Positions 32,613-45,541 of a stretch of DNA of 64,000 nucleotides are shown piece after piece. The stretch is taken from positions 1-64,000 of the forward strand of contig NW_027117354.1 in assembly GCF_038025025.1 (NCBI RefSeq), read 5' to 3'. Below the pieces are notes generated by a model that made no database searches, was not told where the DNA came from, and saw only the letters and a list, made by a program, of their open reading frames with translations. Origin of the DNA: Phyllosticta citribraziliensis (taxonomy: Eukaryota). Every line of letters starts with the position of its first letter. Position 1 is the stretch's first letter. The position numbers and the translations under genes are program-made.

Positions 32613-34319
32613 CTACGCCTCACTCCCCCCATCACCAGAGCGGCGTCCAAACGCGGCCGCGACCCACCCGCCCCACTCCCTCGCCGCGACTCTCTTCTCA
32701 GCGCTCTTGGCCAAGCCAGCCCTCAACCAACCCGCCAGTCTCTTCTCGCCATCCTTCTCTCTCTCCTCGCTCGCCTCCGCACCCCGCTGCCCCTGCCCCT
32801 GCCCCTGCCCCCTACCCCTGACCATGCCCCTCGCCACATCCCGCACCCTCTTCCCGCCCCGCGCGTCCATGGCCGCAAACCCCACCGCGTCGCCCACGCG
32901 GATCATCTCCCGCCGCCTGATGGCGTTGCCCTGCGCCACGGCATCGAACGGCGACGCGCCCGTCAGCAGCGTCAGGAAGGTGATGCCGAGGGCGTAGACG
33001 TCGGACGACGGCGTCGGCACGGGCGGTGGCGTGGTCGCGCGGCAGAGTTCGGGCGCGAGGAAGTCCCACGTGCCGGCTGCGAAGGGCGAGGGCGTGGGGT
33101 GTGAGGGTTGTTGGTGTGAAGGGTCGGAGAGGCGGACGGCGTGCGTCGGCGACGTGGGCGGTGTCGTGGTGGCGGCGGAGGTGGAGTTGGCGGGCGGCGG
33201 CGTGACGGGCGCGTCGGGGCGCAGTGAGAGGGCGGCCGAGAAGTCGGTGTACAGCGGCGTGAAGGCGAGCTGCTCTCTCCTATCCGGCGTCGGCCCCCTT
33301 TCCCCCTCTTTCCCCTGTTCGCCCGCTTCGTCGAGCGCCGCGAGCAGTGAAGGGCGGACTAATGTGGCGCCGACGGCAAGAGACGTCGCGGACTGCAAGC
33401 GCTGCTGGAGCATCGAGGCGGCGACGCCCGCGCGCGTGGGCCGCAGCAGGATGTTGGAGGGCTTGATGTCAGCGTGGACGACGCCGGCGGCCGTATGCAG
33501 CCAGTCGAGGCCGGCGAGCAGGTGCTGGGCCAGCAGCGGAAACACGTCTGCCAGGAGAGCGGCGCGGCGGGGCTCGGGCAGCGCCGCCAGGTCCTCGTTG
33601 ATGAAGTCGTCGAGCGTCAGGGGCAGCGCGTCCATGACGAGGTTGCCCGTCTGCGGGTCCAGTCCGTGGAAGGGGACGACGTACTGCGCCGGCGGCGGCG
33701 GCTGCGGCTGGTGGCTGAAGATGCGCGAGAGGATGCGGGCTTCGCTGCGGATGACCGTCTGCGCCGTCTTGTTAATCGGCGCCTTGACGGCCCATACCGC
33801 GCTGGCCTTGATGGAGTTGAGTGATGCGAATCCCGGTTGCGTCCCTGCTGCTGCGGCGGCTGCTGCTGGCGAGTGCCTGCTGGGAGGAGACGCCGTCAGC
33901 CTTGAGAATCCCTGAGTAGATCGCCCTACTGGTGTCGCAGGGGGAGTGTCGGCAGCTGCCGGTGCTGATATTGACCTGCAGTCTTCCGACGGGATGGCGA
34001 GGTGGACGGAGCTCCACGCCCCAACGCCGAGGGGCGCATCGTTCGTGAGGGTATAGGCGGTCGCATTCTCCCAGACGCCGTCGGCGCTGACGCGAATCGC
34101 CATTGTAGTGGTAGTATTTTTATTACTTTTGTCCTGAGATGCTGCTGCGCACGTCGTGCTCGATAGCGGTGGTAGCAATGGCTGAGAAGTCGTTGGCGAC
34201 GTCAATGGACTGTGTAGACTCGTCTGCGGGACATGGCTCTGGTTTGATCGAGGACCAGTCGGTGGAGTGGCCGGCGGGGTCATGGTGTTGGAGCCATGGC
34301 CGGAAAAGGAAGGAACCAT
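32613..34319 (-). CDS. Divergent Ser/Thr protein kinase-like protein (non-RD, DFS instead of DFG), intronless; start uncertain
   Basis: LGVGAWSSVHLA (Gly loop), WAVKAP, IRSEARIL (alphaC Glu), VVHADIKPSNILL, YTDFSAA, AGTWDFLAPEL and SDVYALGITFLTLLTGASPF. Confidence 0.85.
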   Translation of the reverse strand: MVPSFSGHGSNTMTPPATPPTGPRSNQSHVPQTSLHSPLTSPTTSQPLLPPLSSTTCAAASQDKSNKNTTTTMAIRVSADGVWENATAYTLTNDAPLGVGAWSSVHLAIPSEDCRSISAPAAADTPPATPVGRSTQGFSRLTASPPSRHSPAAAAAAAGTQPGFASLNSIKASAVWAVKAPINKTAQTVIRSEARILSRIFSHQPQPPPPAQYVVPFHGLDPQTGNLVMDALPLTLDDFINEDLAALPEPRRAALLADVFPLLAQHLLAGLDWLHTAAGVVHADIKPSNILLRPTRAGVAASMLQQRLQSATSLAVGATLVRPSLLAALDEAGEQGKEGERGPTPDRREQLAFTPLYTDFSAALSLRPDAPVTPPPANSTSAATTTPPTSPTHAVRLSDPSHQQPSHPTPSPFAAGTWDFLAPELCRATTPPPVPTPSSDVYALGITFLTLLTGASPFDAVAQGNAIRRREMIRVGDAVGFAAMDARGGKRVRDVARGMVRGRGQGQGQGQRGAEASEEREKDGEKRLAGWLRAGLAKSAEKRVAAREWGGWVAAAFGRRSGDGGSEA

Positions 34320-35275
34320 GGTGGAGGAGAAGTGCCTGCCTGAACGGGCGGCGCGGCGTGCGGCAACACAAGGTACCTCGTTCGATATTTATCCCCCAAG
34401 GTCTGCTACAAGTTGGAACAAGTGACGGCGGCCAGTGACGGGGCGCGTGGGAGCCACGGGGTGCAATGGCGACTCTAGCGGCGGTGGTGGAGGTGGACGT
34501 AGCAGGAACAAGACGTCAGAGAAGCCATGACTACGCGGGCATGTAGCGGCGAGCGGCGGAGAGGGTGCGACGCGACGTCTTGTCTTTGCACCACAGGCCA
34601 GGCCGGCTGCCGGATTAAGCTTTTGCTCGAATCGTGATACGCAGATCCTGGAGTCGATGATTCGGTAGGGCCGGGCGGCGGCGGCGGTATGATGACCGCC
34701 CAAGAGAGGCGTGAGATGGGGCGCGTTGGAGAGCCGATGGCCGCCGTTGGACGTGAGACGCCTCCGCGGTAGTATAGGAGCGGGTAGGGCTCTCTCGGGG
34801 ACAAAGATGCAAGATGGTCAAGGATGGGCGGGAGAGGATGAAAGCATATATGCACGCAATAAAGAGAGAGACAGAGAGAAAGAAAAAAAATTGATAGGCC
34901 GATCTTTGACGATACAAGGGCAGGCCCGGCGCGAGAAATTCGGGAATCAAGGAAATGAGACGACAAGATTTGTCTAGAAAGTCAAAATGCGGGAGCAAAA
35001 CGTGCTGATCTGGGACAGGGTGGACTCTGGAGTCGAGGGAGCAAAAAAGTTAGCAGCTAGCGCGGGCAGCTGATGGGCTAAACGGCACACACGACGGCGG
35101 CAGTTGTTTCTTGCTGTCTTTCAGTAGTGTAGCGGCGTCGACGTGCGGCGATGGCAACGGGACTGGAGGACACGTTCGCGCAGCGTCAGCTGACGAGAGA
35201 GACTGAGGTGGACGGAACGGAAGGTCAGTGTGGTCATGTAGGAGTCGAGAGGCCACGATGATGGCGCCAAAGCGA

Positions 35276-35548
35276 GAGGGCGAGGGCGAGGGCGAGGGCG
35301 AGGGCGCGTAGATAAAGCCGTCGCTCTCCCTCACTCATCGTCCAGCCCAGTCCACGCCGGCGAGGAGCGTCTGGATCAACGGCCTCATGCACGTGTGGGC
35401 GAGGGTGGGCGTGGGTGGGTGGGTGGGTGAGGTGCCGTGGTCTTCCCTCTTCTTCCCTTGCTTTTGCAACGTCGCGTCGCGTCGTTGTCGCATCGACAGA
35501 CAGCCCCCCAGCCAACTCCAGTCCAACTCCAGTCCAACTCCAGTCCAA
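35276..35548. repeat. (GAGGGC)n, (GGGT)n and 11-nt (CCAACTCCAGT)x3 tandem repeats
   Basis: Read directly in the intergenic region between the kinase and the FLC gene. Confidence 0.85.
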
Positions 35549-36476
35549 CGACACCCACGCGCGCTGTTTGCAGCATGCCGTCCGACACGACTAGTCTAAG
35601 TCGCTGCGGTGTGTGTGATGGTTTCGCCGGGCACCCAGGCATGGCTCGATGCGGCAATCCGGCATGTATGCTTCGATTGCCATGGGATGCGATTGGGACC
35701 CGTCATTTTCTTGGTGGTGGTGGTGGTGGGTGATGCCTTATCTACCCACCCACCTGCCTGCCAGGCTTGTATGCTATGCTATGCCATGCCATGTATGCCA
35801 TGTATGCGCCTCCATGTACCCATAGATAGCCAAGGTATGCAGGAACAGGCGCACTCCGCTCACTCCACTCCACTCTACATACATACACATATACGGCACA
35901 TATACCCTCACTGCCGCTGCTGCTGCCCCCACGACAATCCAGTCCAGGACCCCCCCTGCCCACCCCAACCAACGCTCCCCCCGCGCGTCGCCCCACCCAC
36001 CAACCCGACAACTCCCACACTCCACCGTACCGGGTTGACATCTAGATACAGATCCAAAACTAACATCACAGAGAGCGACGATACGAGCGGGCGCAATGTC
36101 ATTTCTTCGACTACCGACTACCGTCTACCGACCATCTCACTGCCTGCCTTCCTTGGTCTCCCCTCGAAGTGCGGTGCAAGGTGGGTGTGCTATGGCATGC
36201 TTCGTGCTCATTTCAGCGGCAACCATTACAATTAGAATGCTGCCATTATCCGAATCTTCGTATTCGAGATTTTGAAAGGAAAAAAAAGGTGTAAAAGTAA
36301 GTGTGAATGTGTGTGGCTTTCTTCAAGGCTCGAATCGACAAAAATGAGGCAGGCAGGCTACTACCAACAGCCAATAACAACAGCAACAACCACCTTCCCT
36401 CCCAATCTACCCTTCCCCATCACCACCATAATCTCTTATTCAATATTCAACCACCTCCTCTTCGCCCAAAAGCAAC

Positions 36477-38835
36477 CTAATGGTCATATCCGGCCCCCCT
36501 TTGCCACGGACTGGCATTGTTCGCCCTCCTCCCAACGTCGCTCCCCATCGTGTTCGTCCGCCCGTAACCCCCATTCGGCGCCGGGCTGCCCCGCGGCGAC
36601 GAGTACGACGGCGGCGCCGACCGGTTGTCTGCGCCGTTGGCCGGGAACATGGGCACCGACGGGTCGACGGGGCTGCGAGGCACTTGGCCGTAGTAGCCCG
36701 CCTCGGCCACCTTGGGCTGTCCGTCGCGGCCGAGAGAGCCTGACGAGAACGAGTCCTCGTCGTCGTCGATGCCGGTGCGCTTGTACGGCGCCGTCTTGCC
36801 CTCGCCGCGAGCCGTCGCTCCCAGCGCGTCCAGCTCCGTCGTGAGCTGCGGGTTCGACTTGATGAAGGATCCGCGGTCGTCGCGCATTGGCTGGTAGCGC
36901 GTGTCGGGGTTCTTGGAGCTCAGCGCAAAGTATGACGACGCCAGGACCATGATGAGGAGCACGAGCGCAAAGACGGCGTTGTAGACGAAGAAGATGACGC
37001 CCATGACACCAGTGACGATGCCCTACACTTGTTAGTGGTGATTACCAAAAGGAGCAAATCGTACTTACGGGTTGGTTGAAGATGCCGGTGAAAATCAACA
37101 AGAAAATGGAGCTGACAAAGTTGACGGCCGAAATGGCAATGTTGAAAGCATTCGTCTTCTTGTCCATGTACGGCCTCAGGATGCTAATGGTGATGAGAAG
37201 ACCGGCTTCGAGGAGAACCAGAGCAATGGCCTGAGTGGTGCCGCTTCCTTGACCCAGAGCAATAAACATGCCCTTGACCAGAGTGAAGGAGAGAACGGGG
37301 ACGATGAAATAGTAGGCCGTGGCCTTGAATTGAACGTAGAGGAAACCCCACTTGTTGAGCGAGACCGGGTCCGAGTACAGAATGTACGCAGGGTTCTTGT
37401 GCATCGTGATGGATCGCTGCGCGATGCGAATGACCTTGGAAGAAGCCCAGCCCAGGATGCAGACCATGGTGACGATGGTGAAGATGGCGAGAACGATTTC
37501 ACCGGCAGAGTCCTTCTTGGTGAGCTCCCAGAAGCAAAGGACCACCATTTGCGGGAAACCAATCAAAATCTAGACCTGTCAGTTTTGCCGATTGAAACGT
37601 GGAAAGGAGACTAACAATGCGGAAGAGAATTCCCTTCAAGACGGTCAACCAGCCGTTGCGAAACTCTTGGAACTTGTTGCTCCTCATCCTGCCGGCTTTG
37701 GCCAGGCCTTCGAGGGTTCCTTTGAAGATGCATACTCCCAAAACGACAAACAGAATGAAAATGATGAAGAAGGCGTATCCGGTCATGAAAATGTTGGTCA
37801 GCTCAATGTTCATGCGGAAGCCGACCCTCTCAATGCCCTTGACCGTGACCACCTTGGTCGTCTCGGCCTGGTTGACGTCGCTGTTGGTTCTTTTGGCGAG
37901 CATCATGGCGCGCTTGCTGAGTCTCGCCATCTTGTGCAGGGCACGCTTCTCAACCTCGACCGACGTCGTCGCAAGGCTCGAGAGGACCTTGGAAGGAGTG
38001 CCACCCGTCGCGCGCTGGTACCAAGTGGCCATTTGTTGCAGGAACTTGACTCTGATGATACCCATGCTCCACTGGAAATTCTGGGTCCACGAAGCGACGA
38101 TGGGCGGCAGTTCAACGGCAGTCATGCCAATGTAGGCCTGGGACTGGAAGTAACCAAAGAGAGAGAGCGCGTTGGCGGCGACGTGAGCGGCGGTGTTGGA
38201 GTGGCCGAGGCCAGAGGTAATGGCGGAGGCCGCGAGACCGGAGCCAGCAATTACGGCGGTCGCCCAACCGACACCCTTTTGGTAGACGGTCTTGCCATTG
38301 GACAGATCGGCCTCGACACAGGCGACGGCCTTGCCAGTGTCGGTGTCGTTGATGTAGATTTGCACCATGCCATCGAGGTCGGGGACGGTGTAGGCAATGT
38401 CTGAGGGCGTTAGAGCGCGACCATTTGTTTGCTGATGTGCTACTTACTCGGCACAGATTTGATGGTGGACTCATCCAGGACGACGTTGGACTCGATGTTG
38501 ATTTGGCCAGTGTTCATGGGGCAGAGACCCTTGAGGTCGGCATTCTCGCACGGATCCAGTTTCTGCTTCAGGACCTTGTAGCCGTACGCATAGACCTCGA
38601 GTTCAGCCGTGACATTTCCAGAAATGTCCGAGACTCCGACAATGTTGAAGGTCAGGGTCTTGTTGTCTGGGGTAAAGACGACGTTGAAGAGGGTGGCGGA
38701 GAAGCTCGAGTTGGCCATGCACGGGTTGAGCGAGTTGGATTCGATCATGCGCTCGGCGCCGACGAGGGGCGCGAGCAGCGAAAGGAAGCATAGAAGGAGG
38801 GCGAATGCCCGCGAGGATAATGAGGCGGATCGCAT
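36477..38835 (-). CDS. FLC/Pkd2/spray family TRP-like ER membrane protein (ML-like domain + TRP domain); exons 38835-38448, 38400-37616, 37569-37069, 37022-36477
   Basis: Signal peptide, then SNSLNPCMANSSFSATLFNV, IAYTVPDLDG, VACVEADLSNGKTVYQ, LPPIVASWTQNFQWSMGII, KWGFLYVQFKATAYYF, LRPYMDKKTN and C-terminal SPWQRGAGYDH. Confidence 0.94.
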
Positions 38836-40438
38836 CGTGTGGGATGCAGAGGGGTCGAATTTAGGCGGAGTATTAGGAGTCGGTGGTGAGAAGGCGGGTG
38901 CGCCGCCTCCTGGTCAGAATCCGAGGGGAGGCTGCTCGAGGAGGACCAAACCAGCAGCGGTGGTGAAAGACGAGACTGGCGGTTGATTGTTGTGGGCGGG
39001 AGGCTGAACGAGCGTGTATGGGTGGTTGGGTGTGGGTGTGGAGGCGACAAAGCGAGCTTGGGGGATGCGCGCGGCGAGCGAGTGGTGGGTGTGGAGTTGC
39101 TGCGACGACAGGTGGTCGGGTCGGGTCCTTGACGCAGCGCAACTCAGCTCACCGCAGGCAAGCGGAGGCGGACGTGGAGGGCCGAATTTGGCACGGCGGC
39201 AACAGCGACGGGCGGGCGAGGGGTGCTAGCGCAAGCAAACGATCGAATGGTAGGCCTCCGGGCGGGATGTAGGGAAGCAGACAGGAGAGATGACTAGTGG
39301 TGTTGAACGAGCGACGGCGAGGATAGGAGACAGAAGACGGAGGAGCAGACCGGGACCGGCGAGAGTTTTTGGAAGACGGCAATGGGGCTGAGCAGGCGAC
39401 GCTGGTACACGGCTCTGGACCAAGAGGCGCGGAGAAATGGAGAGTCGCAGCCAGAGTTGACGAGGAACGCAGCCAAGGGCCAAGCAGAGAGAGAGAGAGG
39501 GCGAGGTCAGGGGGCGTGCATCGTACCCGTATTGTCGTAATATTAATGACAGACAGACTCGCTGCGGCTACGACTACGACTGACGCGGCCAGGCCAATTG
39601 ACGAAAATAAAAGAGAAAAAGGAAGGACTGCTGCCCGTCGCTGACATGGCTTGTTCCCTGCAGTGCCCTGTCGCCCCTCGAAATTGCCATCGACGACGGC
39701 ATCCAACATAGCCACAACCACGAGATGAAATACAAAGACGCCCTCGTGTGCTATCCGTGCGTCGAGCGCGCCCTGACGGAGCCTTGCAACATGGTCTTGA
39801 CCTCGTCCCCGTCCCCATCCTCATCCTCATCCTCTTCCTCACCCTCACCACCAGATCATCCCGTGTCGATCGCAGCAGGGGATCCCCCCTCTCCTCTCGA
39901 CGCGCCGCCCGAAGCATGACCGCGTCCGGTGATGAAGCTCGACGTTACCTTATCGCCCTCCGCTCTGTATTTTTGCCCCTTTCGTTGCCCAGCCCTCTCC
40001 CGCGTCACCTTGATTACCACCCTCTGCCCAAACTGTCTGACGTGTGTCGGTCCTGTCGCCCGGCTACTCCAGCGCTGCTCGTCATTCGCTGGCCCTCTGC
40101 ACAACATCACATCGCCCTTCTTTGCCACCTCACACGAAAAAGCCACCCGCCCGCCGCCAAGCGCATCATGACCTTTGCTCTGCTCGCGTAATGCTTTGCA
40201 TCATTAGACTGAATACGAACTTTTGTAGCTAGCCCCTCAACGCCCGCCAAGCACAAACAATGCTGCTTGGCCGCAATCACTTGGATACCACACAATGCGC
40301 CAGTCCCAAAATGCCTTCCTTCCTGCTCACGTCCCGTCTGCGACAGTCGACGGCGGGAGTGCGTCATGGCGCCCGCACTAGTCCGTGTCCGTTTTCGAAA
40401 CCGCCTCCGTGTCAAACCCTCACCACATCCCACGACGT

Positions 40439-42550
40439 CTAGTTTTTGAACTTTCGTGCCTGCGACGGCTGGCTGCCATACGACCTCCTTCCCTGCTGCT
40501 TCTTGTCGCGCGTCATGCTCGCCCCCAATTGAATGTCGATCCGCGGCGGCACAGAGAAGCCGTACGACTTGGCGATTTTGGCCAGGTCGAGCTTGTGCAC
40601 GTCGAACACGCTCCGCAGGCTGTGGCTTGCGTACGCTTGAAGATATGCCTTGTAGCCTTCCTTTGCCGACTGTCATGCTGTCAGCCACGCCCTGTATACA
40701 GTATGCTGTCGTGCAACAAACCTTGTTCAAGTAGTAATTGGACGTAATCAGCTTCTCGAGCTGGCTCTGGATGTTGAGCAGTTTGCGGGCCGGCAGTTCA
40801 AACCTGCCTGACGTCAGCTCTGGTCACTAAGCAGAAACGTGGAAACTTACTCGACCAAGGGCACGCGAGCTTCCTTGAGATGGGCAAGGAACCCGACTTC
40901 GGAAGGGTTGAGGATAATCAAGCTTTTTCCGCTGCTGCCAGCGCGAGCGGTGCGACCAGCGCGATCTGCAATCTGGTTAGACATTTTGCTCTTCTCCCAT
41001 GAAACGCTCTGGGTCTGACGCACGAATATACTCCTTGGGCGAATCCGGCGGGTCAAATTGCAGCCTGCGCTCGAGTCAGTCTTGATCGCGCGCCTACATG
41101 TCCTCCACTTACACCCAGTCAACATTTGGCACGTCGAGTCCACGAGCCGCAACGTCCGTGGCTACCAATATGCCTTGCTTTGCGTTGCAGAATTCAAAAA
41201 ACACCTGATTGCGTCATTAGCCGGCCGTTCTGTCAATCTACTAGAAACACGCACGTTGGTCCGCTTTTGTTGTTTCATGTTGCCGTGCAGCGCTAAAACC
41301 GGCAGGTCGATGAAGTTGAGGAGCTCCGCAAAGTACTGCACGCTCTTGCAGCTCGACATGAAGACCACCACCTTCTTCTTGATGTGCTTCTTGAGAAATG
41401 TGAAGAGCAGGCGGAAGCGCAGGTCTGGTTCGCAGAGGACGTATCCCTGCTCGAGTCCTTCTGCCGTGCTGTGTTCCTCGTGGTAGGCTACGTCAACCAT
41501 GAGGGGTCCCGGCTTGAACGAGATCCTGGCCAAATCCTCGACCTTGCGTGTCTGCGTGGCCGAAAAGAGCATCGTTTGTCTGTCGTCCGGGAGAATCTTG
41601 ACAATCTGGCGAACTTCGTCTTCGAAACCAATTTCAAGCAACCGGTCGGCCTCGTCGATGATCAACTAGACAAGTTAGACTGGATCTTGAGTGGAGCGTG
41701 GCAAACTTACAGTCTTGAGGTTCTTGAAGACAAAGCCTGGCGTGTTTTGCAGGTGGTCGAGAAGACGTCCGGGAGTTGCAATGAGCAAATTGCAACCCTT
41801 TTGCAGCTTTTCGGCCTCGGCCCTGCGGTTCGCTCCTCCAATCACGATGCCAAAGGTTTGACTGTGGTGCTCCAAAAGCTCCCTGGCAACACCAAATATT
41901 TGCAGCGCAAGTTCTCTGGTCGGCGAGAGAACGACGGCACCGGTTCCGTTGCGCGGCTTGAATCTCAAAGCCGACAGCATTTCCACCACAGGAATCAAGA
42001 AAGCCAGCGTTTTACCAGATCCAGTCTTTGCCGCGCCCAACACGTCCTTGCCCGCGAGCAGAGGCGGAATCGCTCGCCTCTGGATTTCGGTCATTTTCGC
42101 GAAACCCATTTGCTCAATCGCCTTTTGTGTCTTGGGGTTGAGCTGGAGCTCAGCAAACGATTCCGGTTCGGTATCCACATTCGGGAGGCTCATTCGGCTC
42201 GCAAAGGGCAGGTCGGATTCGTTTTGAGCGGCATTGTCGCCCTCCACCTTATCTTCATCCTGCGCGTCGTCGCTCGAATCCTCTCCGGCGTCCTCGACGA
42301 CCTTGGCACCAGCTGCCGCGGCGACCTTCTTCAGCTGCTTGTTTATGCTCTCCTCCGTCTCCTCCCGTTCTTCCTCGCTATCGGAGTCCTTCTTGGACTT
42401 TTTCCTCGGTTTCGTCTTTTCGCCCTCGGAGGGTTTCTTGGCCGGAGCAGGGCTTTCGGTTGCGGGGGTAGGCTTGGGTGTAGAGACGTCGGTGCTCTTG
42501 TTGACACTCTTGCGCTTGCGCTTTTTGGAATCCACTGCGTTCGGAGCCAT
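40439..42550 (-). CDS. has1: DEAD-box RNA helicase Has1; exons 42550-41711, 41665-41255, 41204-41113, 41064-41024, 40965-40851, 40803-40722, 40669-40439
   Basis: [58 protein letters not shown]...YIHRAGRTAR and [28 protein letters not shown]. Six phase-consistent introns. Confidence 0.96.
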
Positions 42551-42813
42551 GTTGTTGTAAGATGTCGTTGATTTTTTCCTGCGAGCGCGACACTCTCGCC
42601 GACGCCGACAGAAAGTTTTGGGTGGAGCTTTTGGTCGGCGTTTGCGGGACCGACGCGCTAACCATAGCGGGACTAGCGCCGACGGGAGATCACTGCCATT
42701 GGAGCGTGTCGATGATGTAACCCGGACTGGTTAGTGGTCAGCTACCACCTTACTGGAATGCAGTGCCTCGCACCACAGCCGTCTCAACGACACTCGGCCT
42801 GGATGCTGGCAAC

Positions 42814-44801
42814 ATGGTCACCTCGTCAATGGCAAACTTGATTCTGCCGGTGCTGGTATCCTCCGCACTCATTGGCTTCAACCATGGACTCATCGCTTCC
42901 ATTTGTCTCGCCAGCTGGATCTCGTCATGGTCTATTCGATACTTTCTAGACGACCCTGAAGCTGCCCGTGATCTGCATAGATTTGTAGCAATTTCGGTAT
43001 TGCTCGTCGTTTGGAACTTCTGGAAACCCCTCTCCATTCTGGCCGTCCTTCTCATCACCGGCGCCGTTGCCTCGAGCTCTCTGCGTCCTAGGACAGCAAG
43101 CCGTTCGAGCAAAGAGGATCTGGATGGAACTGACCGCCATTGTACTCCGCTTCTCATCCCCAGCTGTACTACGCACTCTCGAATGTTCCCCAAGAAACAC
43201 TCTTTTGTATATTCTTATCTCTTGGTTGGCATTCCTGTTGGTCCCACTGACCATCCCCGCCGATACGGCTCTCTGATATCAGTCGATACGGACCTTCTCC
43301 CTAGACACCAAAATCGTAGGGGATGGTTCCATGTTCAAGGCTCTGATTACCTTGAGAGAGGAGGCCAGGACAATACTCTCAAAGGCAAACTGGCTCAATA
43401 TCTTCGTTCACAGGTCAGACGCTACAGTCAAAATTCACAGAGCTTTACTGACTGAAACAGGGAGTCGATGATGAATCATGGCATCACGCCTACCTTGTCA
43501 CCGCTCCGAAATTCCTTGGATATCAGTTCAACCCCGTATCGTTTTGGTACATCTACTCCGAGGAAAATGAGCTCCGATTTATGGTCTTGGAAGTCAACAA
43601 CACTTTTGACGAGAGACGCATGTACCTTCTCAAAGCAGCCGACAACACGTCAGAGAAGCGAGACTCCAACGCGATGAAATTTGTTGAAACTTGGCCCAAG
43701 GACTTTCACGTCTCGCCGTTCAATTCGCGGAAAGGGTCCTATGCTTTGACAGCACGGGATCCATTTTTTGGAAGTCCTCAAACTCCAAAATTCGACAACA
43801 GCATTGTCCTCAATTCCTCCGAAGGACGCGCAAAGCTGGTCGCCCGAGTCTTTTCGGAGAAGAGTCCACTGGATCCCCGGACTGCCACAAAGTCTGATAG
43901 TTTTTCGTTCATCTCCAAGTGGTGGTGGGTCGGATTCATGACCTTTCCACGAATACTGAGACAGGCATCTAAGCTCTACTTTCGGAGGAAGCTAGATATC
44001 TTTTTCCGCCCTGAAATACTTCCGACTAGCGTCGCACGCCAACCAACTGCTGAAGAGGTGGCACTTGAGGCGTTTTTCCGCAGATATCTTTGCGCCCTCG
44101 CCAAGCAGTCACCATTGCGGGTCTCATACTCACCTCCTCCTGGAATGGGAACGTCAGAAACCTTTCCCTCTTCGAAGCTTCCAACTTCTGCGTCTGAGGA
44201 CATCGAAATCCGAGTCCTCACACCGGCCTTTTACAGCCGCTTCGTTCACTACGCTCATTCCTCGGAGGCGTTTGACCGCGAGTGCATCTTCACAGAGGAG
44301 AGAAATCGGACCGTGTGGATCTCACGCCCAGAGTTACTGCCAGACCTGCCCCTGGCAAAATTGGACAACTCGGTTGACTCGAAAGACAAAGACCGCAACG
44401 GTCGACTGGGATGGGCGCTGGTCAAGAAATTGCGCTGTCCTCCGGCAGCAGCCAGCTATCCAGACAAGGTCGATTCCATCAAGACCCACACGCGCGAAGA
44501 TATTCGAGTTCAGAAGTTCTCGCCTCTGGATGAGTACGTCCACGAACACTGTCCAGACACGCACATCTACAGGCGTTGTTTGGTAAAGCTGTTTCTTGCT
44601 CAAAGATATGTTGCTGGCTTCACAGAGGTATTGGATTTTGTCGACAAGGCAGTGAGGGTTGGGCTAACTTGCCTTTCGCTCTACCTCGTCCGATCAGTCG
44701 GAGATGGTTCTCATAATTACTCGTACATTGCATGGACTATTTTCATGGCCAATCTCGTGCATTCCTGGGGCATAGCAAAGGAGTTGACCTATCGTTACTA
44801 G
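42814..44801 (+). CDS. DUF1365 family protein with N-terminal membrane segments; exons 42814-43413 and 43461-44801
   Basis: HSRMFPKKHSFVYSYL, YLVTAPKFLGYQFNPVSFWY, LEVNNTFDERRMY, KDFHVSPFNSR and TFPRILRQA. Confidence 0.88.
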
Positions 44802-44965
44802 TTTATACAAGCTCTAATCGATCTTCAAAGACGCTCAAGATGCAAGCAGGACTCAGTACATTTTCCTAGCGCGGCTAGTTCAGCACTGAGTCACTCGTCA
44901 TACATCCTTGCCGCTACCATGCTCCAAAATAGTGCCGGAATAGGCCTAGCGCCAGACATGGATAA

Positions 44966-45418
44966 CCGAGGTGCTCCTTTCATCCAGCTGTTGTCAAGAA
45001 TGTGGGGTTGATGTGCGCTCCAAGATGACTGGCAACGAATGGCATTTGACGCGATTCGCAAAAACGCTCAGTTCACAGCAATTTGGGGCTCTCCGTCGTC
45101 GTAGCACTTCACATGTCAGAATAAACGTACAGTGGGAGCCCCAGTAACGTCATGCATACGGCACGTGCGGCAGCCCATCCGCCCCAGAAGGCAGGCCAGC
45201 CAACCACAAGAGTGCCCCGCGTCCTCCAGGCCTCGGACCAAAGGGCCATGATTCCCGCCTGAGCGCGCGACTATCCTTTGATGCTTCTGAACTACAGCAC
45301 CTCGGCCCAATGGGCGAGCTATGGGCTGGAGCTTGACTTTGGCTGGCCGGACCCAGGCCCCCTTACCCGACCTGTCCCGAACATGTCCTTTTGGCTCACG
45401 CGGCCAGGCGAGCTGGAG
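44966..45418. promoter_or_regulatory. Isocitrate lyase promoter: FarA/FarB-type CCTCGG sites and multiple CreA-type SYGGRG sites
   Basis: CCGAGG at 44966, CCTCGG at 45231 and 45300. SYGGRG matches at 45002, 45139(rc), 45182(rc), 45215(rc), 45224(rc), 45326 and 45413. Confidence 0.6.
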
Positions 45419-45541
45419 TAGCTGGATTTATACTACCTTGGCTCCTCTCGGCCCTGTTGTTGGAGCTTCTCGTTGCAGCGGCGACGCCAAATTCCCTCAC
45501 CACCTTCATCCGCCTAGCAGCAATTCAGGTTCCATCCCATC

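Noticed and set aside
35511..35548. 11-nt direct repeats resembling a mini-array
   Set aside because: No spacers and a eukaryotic context; an ordinary minisatellite, not CRISPR.
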